DNA of 32,000 bases from an uncultured Candidatus Saccharibacteria bacterium (GTDB taxonomy: Bacteria; Patescibacteriota; UBA1384; XYA2-FULL-43-10; 1-14-0-10-43-13): NCBI GenBank assembly GCA_964543385.1, contig CAZIYE010000001.1:330001-362000 (forward strand), in the 5' to 3' direction. Shown here one piece after another: positions 27,378 to 32,000 of the stretch. A program made the translations under genes and the position numbers. Each line of letters begins with the position of its first letter. The first letter of the stretch is position 1. The notes beneath the pieces are model-generated. The model was not told where the DNA came from and ran no database searches. It saw only the letters and a program-made list of their open reading frames with translations.

Positions 27378-29297
27378 TTACTTTATTAGTTTATATTTTC
27401 CAGTCAAATCGTCAACCTTTGTCTTTTCACCGTATAATAATACTCCCAGAAATTCAACATCCAAAAAATCTTTTTTAAGTGTTTTTTCTTCTACTATCTT
27501 GTCATTTGTTGTCTCTATCATCTCCCGTGTAAATTCAAACACCTCAATTCCATCTATTTTTGCCTTTTCGATCAAATCTCTCATATCATGGATGGATTTT
27601 GCCTCTCTAATCATAATTGCATGTTGGATATTGAGATTTATCTCTTTGCTATCCTTGGTCATAATCTTGTCTTGTTTAAAAAGCGAACAATCAACTCTTC
27701 CGGCAAATGAGGCATTTAGATGAGCAACTGTATTCATCTGCTGCCATCTATTTAATCTAGATGCTTTATTTAAAACCACTGTAGCAACTTTTGTCACCTT
27801 TTCTTTTCCGACTCTAGATCCTACATTTATTTCTGGTTTCATTAATGGGAATATCTGGGCTTCTCTTGTTGGTTTATCGGCTAGAAATGAAAATAATCTT
27901 TCAGAAAAGCCAAAGCCAGTTGTTGGTGGCATCCCGTATTCAAGCGCCTCCACAAATTCACGATCGTGCATTTGAGCTTCAGTATCTCCCGCCTCGCGCA
28001 TTCGAGCCTGCTCTTGAAAACGCTCATTTTGGTCTATAGGATCATTGAGCTCCGAATAGCCATTGCCCATTTCCGAACCTGCTAGAATAACTTGATAGCG
28101 CTCTACTAGCCGAGGATCATCCTCTTTTCTTTTTGCTAATGGAGAGACTTCTACAGGATGGTTAATTAGGAAAGCCGGCCCTGCAATAGTTTTTCTAATT
28201 TGCTTCCACAAACTGTCAATTAAACGACCACGTTTATCGCTTTGATCAAATTTAACTTTTAACTCTGACAATTTGCCCTTGAGCTCTACTTCTGTAGCTT
28301 CCAAGACATTTATATTTAATTTTTCCTTTATCGTCTCCGTATAGTCTATTTTTGGCCACTTCCCAGCAAGATCAATTTCGAAATCATTGATTTTGAATTT
28401 CAAAGTACCAAAAGATTCCTTAGATATATGCTGATATAGTTCTTGGACTAATTGCATTGAATCCTCATAGTTCGCATAGGCCCAGTAAAATTCCATTTGT
28501 GAATAGTCTTGGAGGTGCTCTCGAGATATACCCTCATTTCGAAACTGACGGCCTATCTCAAAAGTTTTTTCATATCCGCCCACCATTAATCTCTTCTGCC
28601 AAAGCTCGCCCATTGATATCCTTAAATAAACATCTATATCGAGAGCATTATGGTGTGTAACAAACGGCTCAGCATCAGCACCTCCGGCTGTATTTTCAAG
28701 TGCAGGTGTTTCCACTTCTAGAAAACCTTTTCCAACCAAAAAGTTTCGCGTAGCTTGCCAAAATTTAGCTTTTTTGTAGAAAAGTTCTTTTACATCTTTG
28801 TTTAGCAACAGATCGAGATACCTCTTACGAAGCTTCATTTCCTCATCCTTCAAACCATACCACTGTTCTGGCATTGGACGGATAGCTTTTGTTAGAATTT
28901 TTGTTTCATGAGCTTCTACGGATAATTCACCTGCCTTAGTTATGAAAACCGGACCCTTTGCTTCAACGAAATCACCTACATCCATTAATGAAACCAATTC
29001 AAAATCTTCTGGCCTCACAAGATCAGCGCGAAAAACAAGCTGGACCTTACCTGATTCGTCCTCCAAGTCAGCGAATATTAATTTGCCATGGCCCCTCTTA
29101 GCCATCAAACGGCCAGCCGCAGTAACTTCATTCTTACTAGAGATCAATTTATCTTTTTCTTCGCGAAGATAAGCAATGGTAATATTGCGACCAGACTTTG
29201 ATGGGAAGGGGTTGACTCCCAATACTCTGATTTCTTCAAGTTTCCGTAAACGGTTATCTATCAGATCTTTTTCAGTTGTTCCAAGTTCCTGCGTCAT
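27378..29297 (-). CDS. lysS: Lysyl-tRNA synthetase (class II) with C-terminal DUF2000-like extension
   Basis: LysRS motifs: VFEIGRQFRNEGISREHLQDYSQMEFYWAYA, EMGNGYSELNDPIDQNERF, EALEYGMPPTTGFGFSERLFSFL. After this come ~150 extra residues; total 639 aa versus about 500 for ordinary LysS. Confidence 0.96.
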   Translation of the reverse strand: MTQELGTTEKDLIDNRLRKLEEIRVLGVNPFPSKSGRNITIAYLREEKDKLISSKNEVTAAGRLMAKRGHGKLIFADLEDESGKVQLVFRADLVRPEDFELVSLMDVGDFVEAKGPVFITKAGELSVEAHETKILTKAIRPMPEQWYGLKDEEMKLRKRYLDLLLNKDVKELFYKKAKFWQATRNFLVGKGFLEVETPALENTAGGADAEPFVTHHNALDIDVYLRISMGELWQKRLMVGGYEKTFEIGRQFRNEGISREHLQDYSQMEFYWAYANYEDSMQLVQELYQHISKESFGTLKFKINDFEIDLAGKWPKIDYTETIKEKLNINVLEATEVELKGKLSELKVKFDQSDKRGRLIDSLWKQIRKTIAGPAFLINHPVEVSPLAKRKEDDPRLVERYQVILAGSEMGNGYSELNDPIDQNERFQEQARMREAGDTEAQMHDREFVEALEYGMPPTTGFGFSERLFSFLADKPTREAQIFPLMKPEINVGSRVGKEKVTKVATVVLNKASRLNRWQQMNTVAHLNASFAGRVDCSLFKQDKIMTKDSKEINLNIQHAIMIREAKSIHDMRDLIEKAKIDGIEVFEFTREMIETTNDKIVEEKTLKKDFLDVEFLGVLLYGEKTKVDDLTGKYKLIK

Positions 29298-29381
29298 AAT
29301 TGTGTTTGTTAGCCAATTTAATATTGTTTTTACTCGCTCTAATTACATCCTTTTTATATCATAAACCCCAACAATTTAAAA

Positions 29382-29411
29382 CAAAAGCCCGGTTATCCAG
29401 GCTTTTGCATA
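29382..29411 (-). terminator. Rho-independent terminator of greA
   Basis: Minus strand CAAAAGCCTGG-ATAA-CCGGGCTTTTG-TTTT; 11-bp stem with one G.T wobble. Confidence 0.85.
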
Positions 29412-29433
29412 TGAGACAACGATATAGATATTA

Positions 29434-29886
29434 TTAATTTACACCCAATATTGTACAAACAGATATGCCAGCCGGAGTTTTGACTTTGACTGACTCTCCC
29501 TTTTTGTGACCGATCAAAGCGGAACCTATTGGAGAATCAATAGAAATACGTCCTGAAATTGGATCAGCTTCATCAGTACCAACAATTTGATATTTCATCT
29601 TTTCCCCGTCATCTTCAATCTCGACAGTGCAACCAACTTGTATGACTTCGCTTTTGCAGTTAGCTTTGATAATCTGGGCATTTTTAATTTTTTGCTCAGT
29701 CTCTTGCTCCTTGCCCATCAAGAAAGCTTGCTCGTTTTTGGCCTCATGGTATTCTGCATTTTCAGAAAGATCACCCATTTCGCGTGCTTCTTTAATCTTA
29801 AGGCTTACTTCCTTAAGCTTTATTTTAATCTCAACTAATTGTTTTTTGAGTTTCTCGAGCCCATCGGCGGTAATGTAGTTGCTCAT
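29434..29886 (-). CDS. greA: Transcription elongation factor GreA
   Basis: YITADGLEKLKKQLVEIK ... EARE MGDLSENAEYHEAKNEQAFLMGK ... VGTDEADPISGRISIDSPIGSALIGHKKGE. Confidence 0.97.
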   Translation of the reverse strand: MSNYITADGLEKLKKQLVEIKIKLKEVSLKIKEAREMGDLSENAEYHEAKNEQAFLMGKEQETEQKIKNAQIIKANCKSEVIQVGCTVEIEDDGEKMKYQIVGTDEADPISGRISIDSPIGSALIGHKKGESVKVKTPAGISVCTILGVN

Positions 29887-29967
29887 CTTTTACCTTCCTT
29901 AGAAAAAATTAAACACGGCTTATAGACGTGTGTTTCATTCCCTTAATTGCTTACTGTTTTCGCCCAA

Positions 29968-29996
29968 ATCTTCTCAAATTTTGAGATATTTGTCAA
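29968..29996 (-). promoter_or_regulatory. Possible greA promoter containing a 15-nt palindrome
   Basis: -35 TTGACA at 29996..29991; palindrome TCTCAAA-T-TTTGAGA at 29972-29986 in the spacer region. The -10 match (GAAGAT) is weak. Confidence 0.3.
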
Positions 29997-30026
29997 TAAT
30001 TACTCAACCAAAAGCAGATTGAGCTT

Positions 30027-31988
30027 CTATTTTCGGGAAAAATAATAGCTCAATATATCCTTAGCTATAGGTGTAGCGATGGCAAAGCTTCCGCCGCCAC
30101 CATCAACCAAGACTATTACAGCAATCTCTGGATTTTCATAAGGAGCATAGCATTCAAACCATGCATGAGTTTTTTTGTTATTTAAAAACTGCGCTGTACC
30201 GGTTTTACCAGCTAGAGTTACCGGTAAATCATTAAGATTATGAGCCGAACCAGACGGTTCTGTAATAGCCATTCTCATCCCCTTTGCAACTATTTCCAGA
30301 ATATCCGGTCTAATAAAATTTTCACTCTCTACTCTAGGACCAAATTCCTTGATGACTTTGCCATCAGTCGCAACGATCTTTTTTACTAATTGCGGCTGTA
30401 ACAGCTTACCTTTATTTGCTATCGCAGCAGTCACCCTCAACATTTGCAATGGAGTCACTAGAAGGTCACCTTGGCCTATAGAAACATGATAAGTATCACC
30501 AATGTACCAAGGCTCTTTCATAACTTTCTTCTTCCAAGGCGGATTGGGCAATAGGCCACTCGATTCTCCTGGTAGATCAATACCAGATGGCTGTCCAAGG
30601 CCAAATTTTTGCCAATATTCGTTAATTTTATCAATGCCTATACCTTTGACTCTGTCATAGCCACCGCCAATAGCATAAAAGAAAATATTATTAGATTCTG
30701 CAATTGCTCGCGTAACATCAGTTACTCCGTGATCCCTATTGTCAGGAAAGATATAATCGCCAATTCTGATATCCGGCGGAGTGTCAAAAGACGTATTTTT
30801 CGTGATTACTCCCTCTTGAAGACCAGCTGATGCAAGAATTATCTTAGAAATTGATCCTGGGGGGTACACGCCTTTAATAGCCCTATTAAACATTGGACGG
30901 TTTTTATCTTCAATTAATTTCTTGTAATCATCATTGGAAATTCCGGTGGCAAATAGATTATTATCATAGTCAGGAAATGAGACTAGTGATAAAACTCCAC
31001 CGGTGTTAACGTCCATAACAATTGCCGTACCTCCACTCACCTCTGATCCAATCAAACGTGTAGCATTATCTATCCCTGCTCTGAGTATCTCCCCAACTTT
31101 TTGTTGCAAATCGAAATCAAGATTCAGCACTATATCGTTTCCAGGAACAGGCTCTTTGTTTTCCTCTTTAACTAAAACTTTGACCGTGTTACCCTTCGAG
31201 TCAACCTCTATCTGTTCAACCCCATTTATACCCTTAAGAAACTTCTCATACTCATATTCCAAACCCGTTTTCCCGGTCTTGTCAGAGGGGTAATAGCCTG
31301 GAGTTTTTTTCATATCTTCTTCGGAAACTATCCCCGTATAGCCAAGTATATGAGCAAGACCATTGCCAATCTGGTACTCGCGGATCGGGGTCTTGGCTAC
31401 AAAAATGCCAGGTATACCAGCGATATTCTCCTCTAACAAAAGCGCATCTTCATGAGAAATATTATTTTTGATTTCTACTCTATCGAGAGATAATAAACGA
31501 TTTCTCTGCTCCCCGATTGTACCATTGCCTTGAATTGTTATTCTTAATTCATCAACCGATATCCCAGAAATTTCTGAGACTTTCTTATATACATTTTCTC
31601 TATCATCTCTATTCTTCGGTAAATCTGATGGATAAACAGCTAGCGCAAATGATGGCCTATTCCTTGCCAGCCAATACCCATTTTTATCGCTGATTAGGCC
31701 CCTAGTAGATTCAAGAATCCTCGGCCTTATTCGATTACCCTCCGCAAGAATCTGATTAGCCTCACCTTCGAAAACTTGCAGAACAAATAATTTAAATATT
31801 AATACGCAAAAAATAAAAACTATTAAAACTTTTAAACTAAAATATGAGTGAGATGTAGTCTTGCTCTCAATCTTTCCGATAGGATCTATTGCTGTGTCTC
31901 CATAAGAATAGTTAAGATAGCCTTGCTTTTCAACACGGCGCTTTCGACGGTCTCCGGCCAATTTTGAAAAGTTACCAAAAATATCCAT
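30027..31988 (-). CDS. mrdA: Penicillin-binding protein 2 (elongasome transpeptidase)
   Basis: Dimerisation region, GVYPPGSISKIILASAG (SxxK), ESNNIFFY (SxN), LAGKTGTAQF (KTG); N-terminal TM SLKVLIVFIFCVLIFKLFVLQVFEG. Confidence 0.93.
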   Translation of the reverse strand: MDIFGNFSKLAGDRRKRRVEKQGYLNYSYGDTAIDPIGKIESKTTSHSYFSLKVLIVFIFCVLIFKLFVLQVFEGEANQILAEGNRIRPRILESTRGLISDKNGYWLARNRPSFALAVYPSDLPKNRDDRENVYKKVSEISGISVDELRITIQGNGTIGEQRNRLLSLDRVEIKNNISHEDALLLEENIAGIPGIFVAKTPIREYQIGNGLAHILGYTGIVSEEDMKKTPGYYPSDKTGKTGLEYEYEKFLKGINGVEQIEVDSKGNTVKVLVKEENKEPVPGNDIVLNLDFDLQQKVGEILRAGIDNATRLIGSEVSGGTAIVMDVNTGGVLSLVSFPDYDNNLFATGISNDDYKKLIEDKNRPMFNRAIKGVYPPGSISKIILASAGLQEGVITKNTSFDTPPDIRIGDYIFPDNRDHGVTDVTRAIAESNNIFFYAIGGGYDRVKGIGIDKINEYWQKFGLGQPSGIDLPGESSGLLPNPPWKKKVMKEPWYIGDTYHVSIGQGDLLVTPLQMLRVTAAIANKGKLLQPQLVKKIVATDGKVIKEFGPRVESENFIRPDILEIVAKGMRMAITEPSGSAHNLNDLPVTLAGKTGTAQFLNNKKTHAWFECYAPYENPEIAVIVLVDGGGGSFAIATPIAKDILSYYFSRK

Positions 31989-32000
31989 TATATTTTTATT

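Noticed and set aside
30027-31988. PBP2 transpeptidase motif variant GSISK instead of the common GSTxK
   Set aside because: Still satisfies SxxK, with intact SxN and KTG motifs. Ordinary family variation.

Overview
This 32 kb window is an AT-rich, densely packed bacterial chromosomal segment. Nearly all genes lie on the minus strand. The gene set and many short CPR-style uncharacterised proteins suggest a Patescibacteria/CPR-like genome, but that is inference. UGA acts as a normal stop (e.g. TGA at 376..374), so the code is not the UGA=Gly code. I recognise: cyclophilin PPIase, GatA, GatC, a PHP-domain protein, LigA, a DHH phosphoesterase plus overlapping MBL-fold hydrolase (the only plus-strand genes), HtpX, a DUF4870/Tic20-like protein, LemA, an 867-aa mosaic membrane protein, S41/PDZ protease, an FtsEX-linked coiled-coil protein with a C39-like domain, FtsX, FtsE, GpmI, a small DUF5668-like membrane protein, a CofE-like ligase, a YhhQ/VUT transporter, a metallophosphoesterase, SecA, HPF/RaiA, SerS, LysS, GreA and PBP2. 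I see no CRISPR array, transposase, phage module, tRNA or rRNA. I do not see a clear new multi-gene defence or mobile system. The best leads are: (1) a LysRS with a ~150-aa C-terminal DUF2000-like fusion; (2) an FtsEX-adjacent hydrolase-like protein with a C39-like domain; (3) an 867-aa protein ending in a pilin-like domain; (4) a GC-rich islet holding one small membrane protein and its own hairpin terminator; (5) a palindromic ~130-bp repeat-like element next to the gatA start; (6) a HEPN-like RX4H protein coupled to an unknown partner; (7) an unannotated open frame between cofE-like and its neighbour.
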